Below, in pieces: positions 8,857 through 20,147 of a stretch of DNA of 32,000 nucleotides. Made by a program: the position numbers and the translations under genes. The notes under the pieces are model-generated. The model saw only the letters and a list, made by a program, of their open reading frames with translations, was not told the DNA's origin and ran no database searches. Source of the stretch: an uncultured Chloroflexia bacterium (GTDB taxonomy: Bacteria; Chloroflexota; Ktedonobacteria; Ktedonobacterales; JADMIN01); contig CAVRAI010000015.1 in assembly GCA_963718915.1 (NCBI GenBank), positions 420,001-452,000 on the forward strand, written 5' to 3'. The stretch's first letter is position 1, and the number at the start of each line of letters is the position of its first letter.

Positions 8857-10536
8857 CTATTCGCCCACCATTGGCAGATTCATCCCAGTGGCGCGCGCGT
8901 GGTCGATGGCGATATCATAGCCCGCGTCGGCGTGACGCATAACGCCAGTGCCGGGGTCGTTGGTCAGCACGCGCGCCAGCTTCTCCGCCGCCTCGTCGGT
9001 GCCATCGGCCACCACCACGACGCCCGCATGCAGTGAATAGCCGATGCCAACGCCACCGCCATGGTGGAACGAGACCCACGACGCGCCGCTGGCCGTGTTG
9101 AGCAGCGCGTTGAGCACTGGCCAGTCTGCGATAGCGTCTGAGCCGTCGCGCATAGCCTCGGTCTCGCGATAGGGTGAGGCGACTGAGCCGGAGTCGAGAT
9201 GGTCGCGCCCGATGACGATGGGCGCCTTGACCTCGCCGCGCCGTACCAGCTCATTGAAGGCCAGCCCCGCCTTATCGCGCTCGCCGTAGCCAATCCAGCA
9301 GATGCGCGCGGGAAGCCCCTGGAAGTGGATGCGCTCTTGCGCCATGCGAATCCAGCGGGCCAGCGACTCATTCTCCGGGAAGAGCCGCAGCATCTCCTCA
9401 TCGGTGCGACGGATGTCGGCGGGATCGCCTGAGAGCGCCACCCAGCGGAACGGGCCAATGCCGCGACAGAAGAGCGGACGAATGAACGCGGGCACGAAGC
9501 CGGGGAAATGCATCGCGTCCTCCACGCCGACACGCAAAGCCTGCCCGCGCAGATTGTTGCCGTAGTCGAAGACGACCGCGCCCATCTCGTCGAAGTCGAG
9601 CATCGCGCGCACGTGCTCCGCCATCGAGGCGAGCGAGCGGCGCTCGTATTCCTGTGGGTCGCGCTGGCGCAATGCATTGGCCTCGTCCAGCATCAGCCCG
9701 GCGGGCACGTAACCGTTGAGCGCGTCGTGGGCGGCTGTCTGGTCGGTGACGAGATCCATGCGGACGCCGCGCCGGACAATCTCCGGGAATATCTCGGCGG
9801 CGTTTCCCAGCAGCCCAATGCTTTTCCCGACGCCCTGGCTGCGATACTCCTCGGCACGGCGTAGCGCCTCATCGAGGTCAGTCACCATCTCGTCGAGGTA
9901 GCCGGTATCCAGCCGTCGCTGGATGTGTGACGGGTCAACCTCGACGGCAAGGCAGACGCCCTCATTCATCGTGACGGCCAGCGGTTGCGCGCCGCCCATG
10001 CCGCCCAGGCCAGCGGTCAGCGTAATTGTGTTCTTCAGCGTGCCGTTGTAGTGCTGGCGCGCCGCCTCGGCGAAGGTTTCATACGTGCCCTGGACGATGC
10101 CCTGTGAGCCGATATAGATCCACGAGCCAGCGGTCATCTGGCCGTACATGGTCAGGCCGAGCGCCTCCAGGCGGCGGAACTCGTCCCAGTTGGCCCAGTG
10201 GGGCACGAGATTCGAGTTGGCAATCAGCACGCGCGGCGCGCCGGGATGGGTGCGAAAGATGCCGACCGGCTTGCCCGACTGTACCAGCAGTGTCTCGTCG
10301 CCCTCGAGTGACCGCAGCGAGCGCACGATGGCGTCGAAGCAGTCCCAGTTGCGCGCCGCCCGCCCGGAGCCGCCATAGACCACCAGATCGTCAGGCCGCT
10401 CGGCCACCTCGGGATCAAGGTTGTTCATCAGCATGCGCAAGGCGGCCTCTTGCTGCCACCCTTTGCACGATATCTCAGTGCCGCGCGGCGCGCGCACGGC
10501 TCGTGGGCCACTAGGTTGTTGCTGTTGCTCAGTCAT
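8857..10536 (-). CDS. hutU: urocanate hydratase
   Basis: 559 aa, full-length urocanase pattern: ...[13 protein letters not shown]..., [12 protein letters not shown] (NAD site), ...[13 protein letters not shown].... Confidence 0.95.
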   Translation of the reverse strand: MTEQQQQPSGPRAVRAPRGTEISCKGWQQEAALRMLMNNLDPEVAERPDDLVVYGGSGRAARNWDCFDAIVRSLRSLEGDETLLVQSGKPVGIFRTHPGAPRVLIANSNLVPHWANWDEFRRLEALGLTMYGQMTAGSWIYIGSQGIVQGTYETFAEAARQHYNGTLKNTITLTAGLGGMGGAQPLAVTMNEGVCLAVEVDPSHIQRRLDTGYLDEMVTDLDEALRRAEEYRSQGVGKSIGLLGNAAEIFPEIVRRGVRMDLVTDQTAAHDALNGYVPAGLMLDEANALRQRDPQEYERRSLASMAEHVRAMLDFDEMGAVVFDYGNNLRGQALRVGVEDAMHFPGFVPAFIRPLFCRGIGPFRWVALSGDPADIRRTDEEMLRLFPENESLARWIRMAQERIHFQGLPARICWIGYGERDKAGLAFNELVRRGEVKAPIVIGRDHLDSGSVASPYRETEAMRDGSDAIADWPVLNALLNTASGASWVSFHHGGGVGIGYSLHAGVVVVADGTDEAAEKLARVLTNDPGTGVMRHADAGYDIAIDHARATGMNLPMVGE

Positions 10537-10626
10537 CTTTCCGCCTTCGCCTTCCTCGCTGCCTCATTGCAGCCGTGGGCATTTCATCGTTGCGGGCGCG
10601 TGTAGCGCGTGTAGCGCCGCCATCGC

Positions 10627-10656
10627 ACGATAGCACGGCGGGCAAGGCGGTGACAA
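10627..10656 (-). promoter_or_regulatory. candidate hutU promoter (TTGTCA-N18-TATCGT on the minus strand)
   Basis: -35 = complement of 10651-10656 and -10 = complement of 10627-10632, about 90 nt upstream of the hutU ATG. Based on sequence match only. Confidence 0.3.
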
Positions 10657-10667
10657 GACGGCTGGCT

Positions 10668-10722
10668 GGCGGCTGAAGCCGCGCCTAAGCGCCTTCGGCG
10701 GCAAAGCCCGCCTGCGCGGGCT
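10668..10722 (+). repeat. REP-like two-hairpin module, copy 1
   Basis: GCGGC-TGAA-GCCGC (10669-10682) and AGCCCGC-CTGC-GCGGGCT (10705-10722). It overlaps the last codons of the transposase ORF. Confidence 0.8.
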
Positions 10723-11140
10723 GAAAATCGGGGAGATGCTCCCACTCAGGTTGAAGAGTATTGGCAGCGTGGTGCTCACGTTGGTGAGCAATGTAAGCGC
10801 TCACCTCGGGGAGAGAACCTGGGCTAACAGAACCAGCGCCATAGGCACCCTGCCACTTGAAGAAACCATGTGTAGGATGCGCTTCATGCGTGGCGAGATG
10901 AGACGATGCGCCTTTCACCTGACGAACGAACTCGGCGAGCGAGATGGTCGCAGGCAATCCAACCAAGAGATGCACATGATCCTCAACGCCACCCAAGGCT
11001 ACCAACTTGCCACCAAGCTCAGCGCATTTGGCGGCAATCGCACGATGTGTTCGCCGCTCGAGTTCTCCTAAAAGCAATGGCAGGCGATCCCAGGTAGCCC
11101 ATACAATATGTATGTAGATTGCTGTACCTGCTTGACGCAT
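10685..11140 (-). mobile_element. HUH/Y1 tyrosine transposase, IS200-like fold, REP-associated (RAYT-like)
   Basis: YIHIVWATWDRLPLL N-terminal block, HUH motif in EDHVHLLV, and the catalytic-Tyr block SAYIAHQREHH (Y-x-x-x-Q). No tnpB partner. Flanked by inverted hairpin modules. Confidence 0.85.
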
Positions 11141-11164
11141 ATGGTGTCCCTTCGCTCGCGTTTC

Positions 11165-11223
11165 AGCCCGCGCAGGCGGGCTTAGCGGCCAACGGCCCCT
11201 AGGCGCGACTTTAGTCGCCTGCC
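11165..11223 (-). repeat. REP-like two-hairpin module, copy 2 (inverted relative to copy 1)
   Basis: AGCCCGC-GCAG-GCGGGCT (11165-11182), then GCGAC-TTTA-GTCGC (11205-11218) and the conserved CCTGCC tail. Confidence 0.8.
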
Positions 11224-11226
11224 ACC

Positions 11227-11484
11227 TCAGAAGTCATCATCAATCCGCCTTCTTGGCTCTACAGGGCGCTTGAAATACAAAGTCGTGGCTCCCCCCGTTG
11301 AAGTTGCAACTGATGTGACCCCAACGAGCTCCCATCCAGTATTTCCCAAACCTGCCATCGCGACATCACCCGCCTTGCCTATAGTGCGCACAATCTTCCC
11401 AGAACCCCCGTAATAGTTCAGCATCCAATCATTGAATTGAGCATCCCCTTGCAAAGATAGCGTGCAATACTCCCATTGCTGCAT
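11227..11484 (-). CDS. DUF4177-like small protein (85 aa)
   Basis: GGGAGG then 4 nt then ATG. MQQWEYCTL...GNTGWELVGVTS...TLYFKRP resembles the DUF4177 pattern (N-terminal WEY..., central GWELV, C-terminal FKR). Visibly AT-richer than its neighbours. Confidence 0.55.
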   Translation of the reverse strand: MQQWEYCTLSLQGDAQFNDWMLNYYGGSGKIVRTIGKAGDVAMAGLGNTGWELVGVTSVATSTGGATTLYFKRPVEPRRRIDDDF

Positions 11485-11587
11485 ATTACCTCCCTGGAAT
11501 GCCAACTTTTCATTGCTGTCGACCAATGCCGATTTGTTGGTGTCTATTATCGCTGCCAGCAACCCATATGGCAAGGAGGCAAATTTT

Positions 11588-11656
11588 AGCCCGCGCAGGC
11601 GGGCTTTGCGGCCGCAGCGGAGCGGAGGCCCATAGGCGCGGCTTCAGCCGCCTGCC
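11588..11656 (-). repeat. REP-like two-hairpin module, copy 3 (same orientation as copy 2)
   Basis: AGCCCGC-GCAG-GCGGGCT (11588-11605) ... GCGGC-TTCA-GCCGC (11637-11650) and a CCTGCC tail. Confidence 0.8.
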
Positions 11657-11672
11657 AACTCGGAAAACACAG

Positions 11673-11711
11673 CGGGCCGGATGCTGGCAACTGTTGCCAG
11701 CATCCGGCCCG
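11673..11711 (-). terminator. ftsH terminator: 17-18 bp perfect hairpin
   Basis: GGGCCGGATGCTGGCAA-CTG-TTGCCAGCATCCGGCCC, 30 nt after the ftsH stop. On the minus strand it is followed by GCUGUGUUUUCC. Confidence 0.7.
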
Positions 11712-11741
11712 TGTGCGAGACCGCGGGTGTGGTGAACGCGA

Positions 11742-13967
<2,226 letters not shown>

Positions 13968-14358
13968 GCTCTCTGGCACCTGCTTTCTCGCAAGGAAAGC
14001 GCCCGCGCCTGCGGCGCGAAGCACCGTCTGGCCGTTATTACCCACATCTGGGCGGCGGCAGACGAGTATTTCTCATTATAGCGCACACGATATCAGCCTG
14101 CATCGGCGTGAGTGTCATGGTGCGTATCGAACTCTTATACAGTAGTACGTCGCGAAGAGCCTTTTGGGTGCAAACACCACGTACCTCTGTCCCCGGTGTG
14201 CTATACCGGCCTACGACACCTGGATACTATTCCAGATATAATCGGAGATACAACGGGGTCGCGGCGCGTGCTACAATTCATGAAGCGATGCCACACATCC
14301 GGCATATTCCCGAATCATACCCATATTTATTGTACCTGTCCGCAGGAGGAGAAGTCTT

Positions 14359-15351
14359 GTGACCGACCAGCAGCGTCCAGCAGAAGGCGCCACGAGCGCG
14401 CCCAACCCAGCAACCCTGCGGCAACCCGATTCGCTCAACAGCATCGACGATGTGGTCAGCGCGCTTGCCGCCCGCGCCTATATCGCTGATCGCGGACTTG
14501 CCACGGCGCTCTATCTGGCCATCAAGCGCCAGAAGCCGCTCCTGCTAGAGGGCGAGCCAGGTGTGGGCAAGACCGAGGTTGCGCGCGTGCTGGCCGATAT
14601 TCTGCATACGCAATTGATCCGGCTCCAATGCTACGAAGGCATCGATCAGGCCACCGCCGTCTATGAGTGGAACTATGCCCGCCAGTTGCTCGCCATCCGC
14701 ATGCTCGATAACGCGCGCGACGGGCGTGAGACGCCCGAGACGGCGCTGGCTCATGTCCGCGATGTCTTCGCGCCGGAGTTCCTGATCGAACGGCCGCTCT
14801 TACAGGCGATCAGCAGCGCGCCGGGCGAGACACCGCCAGTGCTGCTCATCGATGAACTGGACCGGTCGGACGCTGAGTTCGAGGCCTTCCTGCTGGAGTT
14901 GCTGGCGGATTATCAGATCACGATTCCCGAGATTGGCACCGTCATCGCCTCACAGCCGCCGATCGTCGTGCTGACCTCGAACCGCACGCGCGATATCCAC
15001 GATGCGCTACGTCGCCGCTGCCTCTACTACTGGATCGAATACCCGACGCTGGAGAAAGAGTATGCGATTGTGCGCGCCCGCGTGCCAGAGGCGCCGGAGC
15101 AGTTAGCGCGGCAGGTCGTGGGATTCGTGCAGGCGTTGCGTGGGGAGGATCTCTTCAAAGCGCCTGGAATCGCCGAGACGCTCGACTGGCTCTCCGCGCT
15201 GCTCTCACTGGGCCAGACTGAGCTAACCGGCACGGCTGCGCGTGACGCGCTCGGGGCGCTGCTCAAATACCAGGATGACATCCAGAAGGTGACAAACGGC
15301 GACCTGATCGACCGGCTTGTCGAGAAGGCCGACGCGACGCCGATTGGGTGA
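14359..15351 (+). CDS. MoxR/CoxD-like AAA+ ATPase
   Basis: AGGAGGA 8 nt before the GTG start. LLLEGEPGVGKTE (Walker A), VLLIDELDRSD (Walker B), about 330 aa single AAA module. Confidence 0.85.
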   Translation: MTDQQRPAEGATSAPNPATLRQPDSLNSIDDVVSALAARAYIADRGLATALYLAIKRQKPLLLEGEPGVGKTEVARVLADILHTQLIRLQCYEGIDQATAVYEWNYARQLLAIRMLDNARDGRETPETALAHVRDVFAPEFLIERPLLQAISSAPGETPPVLLIDELDRSDAEFEAFLLELLADYQITIPEIGTVIASQPPIVVLTSNRTRDIHDALRRRCLYYWIEYPTLEKEYAIVRARVPEAPEQLARQVVGFVQALRGEDLFKAPGIAETLDWLSALLSLGQTELTGTAARDALGALLKYQDDIQKVTNGDLIDRLVEKADATPIG

Positions 15352-15497
15352 GAAGAGGATTTACGCCACCATCGCGGCATGATTGCCGCGGCTCATCTTG
15401 TTCGTTCGGTTTCTGTTGGAAAGGCAAGCGGATCGTCCGATTTCAGGATTAGCCGTGGTCTTATGTAGTTTTACTAATTACGACGGGCAGCCACGGC

Positions 15498-15693
15498 GGC
15501 GGGCGACTGAAGTCGCGCCTTGAGGGCCTCGCCTGCTGCGCCTGCTGCACCTGCTGCGCACGCTCCGCCACGCAACCCGCCTGCGCGGGGTGCCCAGAAC
15601 CCTGCGCCAACGGGGAGCGCGTTGGGACACGGTCTGGGAGTCCGCGACGGCGGACTTCGTGGCCAAAGGCCCTTCAGGCGCGGTTTCAACCGC
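15498..15693 (+). repeat. cluster of REP-like hairpin modules (copy 4, extended)
   Basis: Four hairpins: GCGAC-TGAA-GTCGC (15503-16), CCCGC-CTGC-GCGGG (15576-89), AGTCCGC-GACG-GCGGACT (15639-56), GCGG-TTTCAA-CCGC (15680-93). Also a 3x 9-bp tandem CCTGCTGCR (15532-58). Confidence 0.75.
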
Positions 15694-15797
15694 CCGCGCT
15701 GCCCAGCGCGTGTCCCTGGTAATTTCTAAAACGACATCAGGCCACGGCGCGGTGGGTTTTACCACTCACTGGCCTTCGTAGCGCAGGCGCCGAAAAT

Positions 15798-17141
15798 ATG
15801 AGAGATACCATTATGAACGCACCCGCAAGATCGCCATTGTCCGATGAAGAAATGATGCGTGGTGACCTGATTCTGGCGCGCCTCATCGACTTCACACGGC
15901 TGCTCTGGGAACTGGGGTTCGATATCGGTCCAGGGCGCGTCGTCGAGCTGGCCGAGAGCCTCGCGCTGATCAATATCGCCAGCCAGGACGAGTTTTATAC
16001 CCTGCTCAAGGTGAGCCTCGTCTCGAAACACGACCAGGCGATTCTCTTTGACCTGGCGTTTGCCTATTTCTGGCGCAGTCCCAACGCGAATTCGACGCCG
16101 CACCTGGAAGCGCAACTTGAGGCAGCGGCGCAGCGGCGCAGTCTCGCCGTGCCCGAGCACCGACGTCAGGAGAGCGATCAGCGCGTCTACCGCTCGTCGC
16201 TGGAGCCTGATATGGCGCAGCGGCACCCGTATTCGCGCCTCAACGATGCCCGCAACCCGCGCCGCAAGGAAGAGGATGAAGATATCGAGCGCAGTGAGAC
16301 CTGGAGCGCCGACGAGGTGCTGCGCCATAAGGATTTCGAGCAGTTCAGCTATGAGGAGCTTCAGGAAGCCCGTGAGATGATCGCAAAGATGCACTGGCGC
16401 CTGGGCGAGCGTCGCACTCGTCGCCTGCGTCCCTCGCGGCATGGACGCCAGCTCGATCTGCGCCAGACCCTGCGGCGTTCCCTGCGAACGGATGGCGAGC
16501 CAATCGTGCTGGCGCGACGGCGCCCCCGCCTCAAGCCACGCCCGCTGGTCATCCTCTGCGATATCAGTGGCTCGATGAGCCTCTATTCCCGGCTGCTGCT
16601 GCATTTCGTGCATACCGTCTCGAATGGCCTGCAGAACGTCGAAACGTTCCTCTTTGGCACACGCCTGACGCGGATTACTCGTCATCTTGCCCGTCGCGAC
16701 GTGGACGACGCCATCGCCCATGTGACACGCAGCGTACAGGATTGGTCAGGCGGCACGCGCATCGGCGATTCACTGCGCACCTTCAACCGCCAGTGGTCGC
16801 GGCGCGTGTTGGGGCGCGGAGCGGTGGTGCTGATTATCAGCGATGGCTGGGATCGCGGCGATGTCAAAGTGCTGGCCGAGGAGATGGCGCGACTGCACCG
16901 TAACTCGCACCGCTTGATCTGGTTGAATCCGCTTCTCGGGCATAAAGATTACCAACCTGTGACCGCAGGCATGCGTGCCGCGTTACCGTATATTGACGCA
17001 TTTCTTCCGGCGAACAATCTGGACAGTCTTCTCGCACTCGGTCATGCGCTCGAAGCCATTGACGAAACACCACGCAGTTTCCGTTCGCAGGCGTCTCCCT
17101 TCACGAAAATCGCGGCGGGAGGGATCTCGCGGAGGGCGTGA
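15798..17141 (+). CDS. VWA domain protein, CoxE-like
   Basis: Arg-rich linker (RRTRRLRPSRHGRQLDLRQTLRRSLRTDGEP), then PLVILCDISGSMSLY (MIDAS), DWSGGTRIG, LIISDGWDRGD, LIWLNPL. This matches the VWA_CoxE pattern. Start is ambiguous (ATG at 15798 or 15813). Confidence 0.85.
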   Translation: MRDTIMNAPARSPLSDEEMMRGDLILARLIDFTRLLWELGFDIGPGRVVELAESLALINIASQDEFYTLLKVSLVSKHDQAILFDLAFAYFWRSPNANSTPHLEAQLEAAAQRRSLAVPEHRRQESDQRVYRSSLEPDMAQRHPYSRLNDARNPRRKEEDEDIERSETWSADEVLRHKDFEQFSYEELQEAREMIAKMHWRLGERRTRRLRPSRHGRQLDLRQTLRRSLRTDGEPIVLARRRPRLKPRPLVILCDISGSMSLYSRLLLHFVHTVSNGLQNVETFLFGTRLTRITRHLARRDVDDAIAHVTRSVQDWSGGTRIGDSLRTFNRQWSRRVLGRGAVVLIISDGWDRGDVKVLAEEMARLHRNSHRLIWLNPLLGHKDYQPVTAGMRAALPYIDAFLPANNLDSLLALGHALEAIDETPRSFRSQASPFTKIAAGGISRRA

Positions 17142-17279
17142 TACGTCTATTGGTGTGCTCGTGTAGACAGCCGCCTTCGTTGTCGGATAGGATGATGGGG
17201 AACAATTTTCCGTGCATTGTACCCTTCATCTTCTTGGATCACCGGTAATCAGCGGCGGTGCGGGGGAGGACTTCCGAGG

Positions 17280-18143
17280 ATGGCTGTCGTCACTAGCATT
17301 ATCAACCTGAAGGGCGGCGTCGGTAAAACGACCCTGACGCTGGCTCTGGCTCACTATCTGGCAGCCGAACATGCCAAGCGTGTTCTGGTGATTGATCTCG
17401 ACCCGCAGACCAATGCGACCATTGCCCTTGTCACCGAGCGACGCTGGCGCGAGCGGGATCAGACCGGCCAGACGCTCTTTCAACTGTTCAAAGACCAGCT
17501 CGATGGCACCCGGCTTTTCTCGGCGCCAGAGGCTATTCTGACGCGCGTCTCGAATGTCGGCGGTGGCGTGCCTGGCCTGGATTTGCTTCCAGCCAGCATC
17601 CGTCTACACCGGATTCAGGACCGCATCACCAAAATTACTGATCTCGATAGTTTTCGCAATGGGCCGGTCTATGCGCTGCGCGAGTCGTTGCGCGATGTGC
17701 TTCCGCACTATGACCACGTGCTGATTGACTGCCCGCCAAATCTGGGTGTCATTACCCTGAATGGCATCGCCATCAGTCGGTATTTTCTCATCCCGGTCGT
17801 ACCGGATATTCTCTCGACACTGGGTGTCCCGCTGGTGCTGGATCGCATGGCCGATTTTGCCTTGCGCGCTCAGCACGAGATCTTTGGGCTTGGCATCGTC
17901 GTCTCGCGCTATCGCTCATCCAGTCGTCTGCACAAACAGACGGTTCTGAGTATGCGACGCGATGCGATTCCAGGCATCCATCCTCCGATTTTTAACACGA
18001 TTATTGCCGAGGATGTTGGGGTGGCGGAAGCGGCGGATGTCGAAGGGAACGTCAGCTCACTGCGCGAGAAATTTGGTGGCAATGCGCCCCATCGCCAGTT
18101 TAGCGGACTCGCCGACGAATATCTTCGCTACGTAGGCGGCTAA
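17280..18143 (+). CDS. ParA/MinD-type P-loop ATPase (orphan)
   Basis: MAVVTSIINLKGGVGKTTLT (deviant Walker A), VLVIDLDPQTN, VLIDCPPNLG. ATG 17280 chosen over the longer ORF-track start at 17217. Confidence 0.85.
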   Translation: MAVVTSIINLKGGVGKTTLTLALAHYLAAEHAKRVLVIDLDPQTNATIALVTERRWRERDQTGQTLFQLFKDQLDGTRLFSAPEAILTRVSNVGGGVPGLDLLPASIRLHRIQDRITKITDLDSFRNGPVYALRESLRDVLPHYDHVLIDCPPNLGVITLNGIAISRYFLIPVVPDILSTLGVPLVLDRMADFALRAQHEIFGLGIVVSRYRSSSRLHKQTVLSMRRDAIPGIHPPIFNTIIAEDVGVAEAADVEGNVSSLREKFGGNAPHRQFSGLADEYLRYVGG

Positions 18144-18186
18144 TGCTGCCTGGCTCCGGGATGTTTGTGGGGAGGGGGGTGTCCCG

Positions 18187-18963
18187 ATGGGGCAAACAGG
18201 CGACGTTTCCGCACAGCAACCTCAGCCGCCTGCTGCTCCCAAGGGACAGGACCAGCCAATGATAGAGCAAGACGCAACCCCTGCTTCTGCGGATGCGCCG
18301 GTCGTCGCCGATGAGATCGCGGTAGAAGATGTGGCGACGCAGATTGTTCCTCAGGCGACGCTCACGCCGCCGCCTGCCACGCCGCGCAAACCGAGTGGTC
18401 CGCCACCATCCGCAGGAGCAGCCGTGGCTGCTCCACCGCCGCCCAATCCTGGGCCTCGGCAAGGGTGGCAGCAGGGGGCAGTACCTCATGTCGTACCAGT
18501 GGTGGCTGGTCAGCATCCCGGCGGATTCGCGCAGCCCTCGCATGCGCCGTGGCATACCTCGTCGTCTTGGGGGCCAACCACGTTCGTCATCACCGCCGAG
18601 ACCGCCGCTGGATTCAGCTACCTGTTCTGGTGGGTATCCGGGCTACTGGTCTACTTCAACGAGCGCGAAAATCGCTATGTGCGTTTCCACGCGGTACAGT
18701 CCATCCTGCTGACTGGCGCGCTCAGCATCTTCAGCGTCTTTGCTTTTACGATTGCTGCCCTTCTTAACGACGCGTTTCAGAGCAGCCACCAGCATTTTTG
18801 GCAAACATTGTGCATAGGAACGACCGCACTTTCGCTGCTCATTGTCTTGCTCCCATGGCTGGGCACGATGATCGCCGCTTTTACCGGCGCCTATCTGCAA
18901 CTGCCGATCGTAGGTAAATATGCCGAGCGATTCGCCGCCCCACCCATCCAGCTCCGGCCCTGA
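18187..18963 (+). CDS. Pro/Ala-rich N-terminus plus DUF4870/Tic20-like 3-4 TM domain (tentative family)
   Basis: GGGGAGGGGGG precedes the ATG. The membrane domain carries YFNERENRYVRFHAVQSILL, a motif shared with the next ORF. Confidence 0.6.
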   Translation: MGQTGDVSAQQPQPPAAPKGQDQPMIEQDATPASADAPVVADEIAVEDVATQIVPQATLTPPPATPRKPSGPPPSAGAAVAAPPPPNPGPRQGWQQGAVPHVVPVVAGQHPGGFAQPSHAPWHTSSSWGPTTFVITAETAAGFSYLFWWVSGLLVYFNERENRYVRFHAVQSILLTGALSIFSVFAFTIAALLNDAFQSSHQHFWQTLCIGTTALSLLIVLLPWLGTMIAAFTGAYLQLPIVGKYAERFAAPPIQLRP

Positions 18964-19453
18964 GCCGCCGTCCACTGAGTTTGACACAGGCGCTCCAGCG
19001 CTGGAAACTACGAGTGCGTCCCGCACCCAGCGCAGGCGACACAACCCGCGCGTCACCGCCGCACTCTGCTATGCCGTTCCCTATGTCGTCGCGTTATGGG
19101 TGCTCCTGCGCGAGCGTCGCAATCGCTTCGTGCGCTTCCATGCGGCGCAGTCTCTCATTTTCTTCGTGACGATTCCACTGATGCAGGTTGTGCTGTTGGT
19201 CGCGCTGGTCGTCGTCGGAAATATGGTTGGCAGCGGCGCGCTGGCGTTCGCGCTCGGCCTGCTCTTTATCGGCGCCTTTGTGGCGCTGGGTGTCGGCGCG
19301 TTGTTCTTTTGGCTGCGGATGATTGCGGACTGCTGGGCCGGGCAGGCGACGGTTTTCCCATCCTTGGGCCGCTGGCGTATCGGCTGGAGCAGCTGCTTAC
19401 CGAGGTGCGGCGGGAGGTTGCCAGGTCGCGCCCAGTGCGACAGAATGACATAG
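18920..19453 (+). CDS. DUF4870/Tic20-like membrane protein, paralog of the preceding gene (tentative family)
   Basis: LLRERRNRFVRFHAAQSLIFF motif and 3-4 TM helices. It overlaps the upstream paralog by 44 nt in another frame. No clear SD, so the start is uncertain. Confidence 0.55.
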   Translation: MPSDSPPHPSSSGPEPPSTEFDTGAPALETTSASRTQRRRHNPRVTAALCYAVPYVVALWVLLRERRNRFVRFHAAQSLIFFVTIPLMQVVLLVALVVVGNMVGSGALAFALGLLFIGAFVALGVGALFFWLRMIADCWAGQATVFPSLGRWRIGWSSCLPRCGGRLPGRAQCDRMT

Positions 19454-19454
19454 T

Positions 19455-20147
19455 ATGAAGAAAATCACCGCGCTTGATCCATCACCGCGCCGCCCTGACT
19501 GGTGGCACATCAGCATCGACGGCGCCTACGCATTCTCATTCGATGGCGCAACCGTCATTGCGGAGTCGCTCGTGCCGGGGCTTGCGCTGACCGATGCGGA
19601 TGTGGCGCGTTTGCGCGTGCTGGCGGAGGAAAGCCGCCTGATGGACGCTGCCCTCAGCTTCCTGACGGCCCGCCCGCGTAGCCGTGCCGAGGTGCGTCGC
19701 CGGTTGCTCCAGCCGCGCCGCAATCGTCCCATACCATCTGCGGAGGCTGTTGATCGCGTGCTCGACCGCCTGGCCGAGAAACATCTGCTGGATGACCGCG
19801 AGTTCGCCGACTACTGGGTGGATCAGCGCGAACGCTTCAGCCCGCGTTCCAGCTATGCGCTTGCCCAGGAGTTGCGCCAGCGCGGCGTGGATCGCGCCAT
19901 CGCCGATGACGCAGTAGACGCCGACCGTGACAGCCAACGGGCGCTGGATGCCGCCCGCCAGCGACTGCGCGCGCTTGGTGGCGCCGACTACGAGACATTC
20001 CGCGCAAAGCTGACGGCGTTCTTGCAGCGGCGTGGCTTCAGCTATGGCATCGCCCGCGAGACCGTGCGCGCCCTCTGGGAAGAGTCACGCGGCGCATCAC
20101 CCGACGCCGATGAAGCGTTCGCGGATGATGGTGGGGACGCAGATTAG
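19455..20147 (+). CDS. recX: RecA regulator RecX
   Basis: ALSFLTARPRSRAEVRRRL plus repeated three-helix units (...DDREFADYWV..., ...KLTAFLQRRGFSY...), typical of RecX. It starts 1 nt after the previous gene ends. Confidence 0.8.
   Translation: MKKITALDPSPRRPDWWHISIDGAYAFSFDGATVIAESLVPGLALTDADVARLRVLAEESRLMDAALSFLTARPRSRAEVRRRLLQPRRNRPIPSAEAVDRVLDRLAEKHLLDDREFADYWVDQRERFSPRSSYALAQELRQRGVDRAIADDAVDADRDSQRALDAARQRLRALGGADYETFRAKLTAFLQRRGFSYGIARETVRALWEESRGASPDADEAFADDGGDAD

Noticed and set aside
7459-10536. Calling this a complete hut (histidine utilisation) operon
   Set aside because: Only hutU and an arginase-family hydrolase are present. hutH, hutI and a regulator are not in the window, and the hydrolase cannot be distinguished from agmatinase by eye.
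15474-15781. Several 60-95-aa ORFs inside the moxR-VWA spacer
   Set aside because: They read through hairpin repeat modules and a 9-bp tandem. The composition is an Ala/Arg/Pro artefact, and the region is better explained as a REP-like cluster.
15759-16721. 320-aa ORF antisense to the VWA (CoxE-like) gene
   Set aside because: The opposite strand has clear VWA/CoxE motifs. This is a GC-rich shadow ORF.
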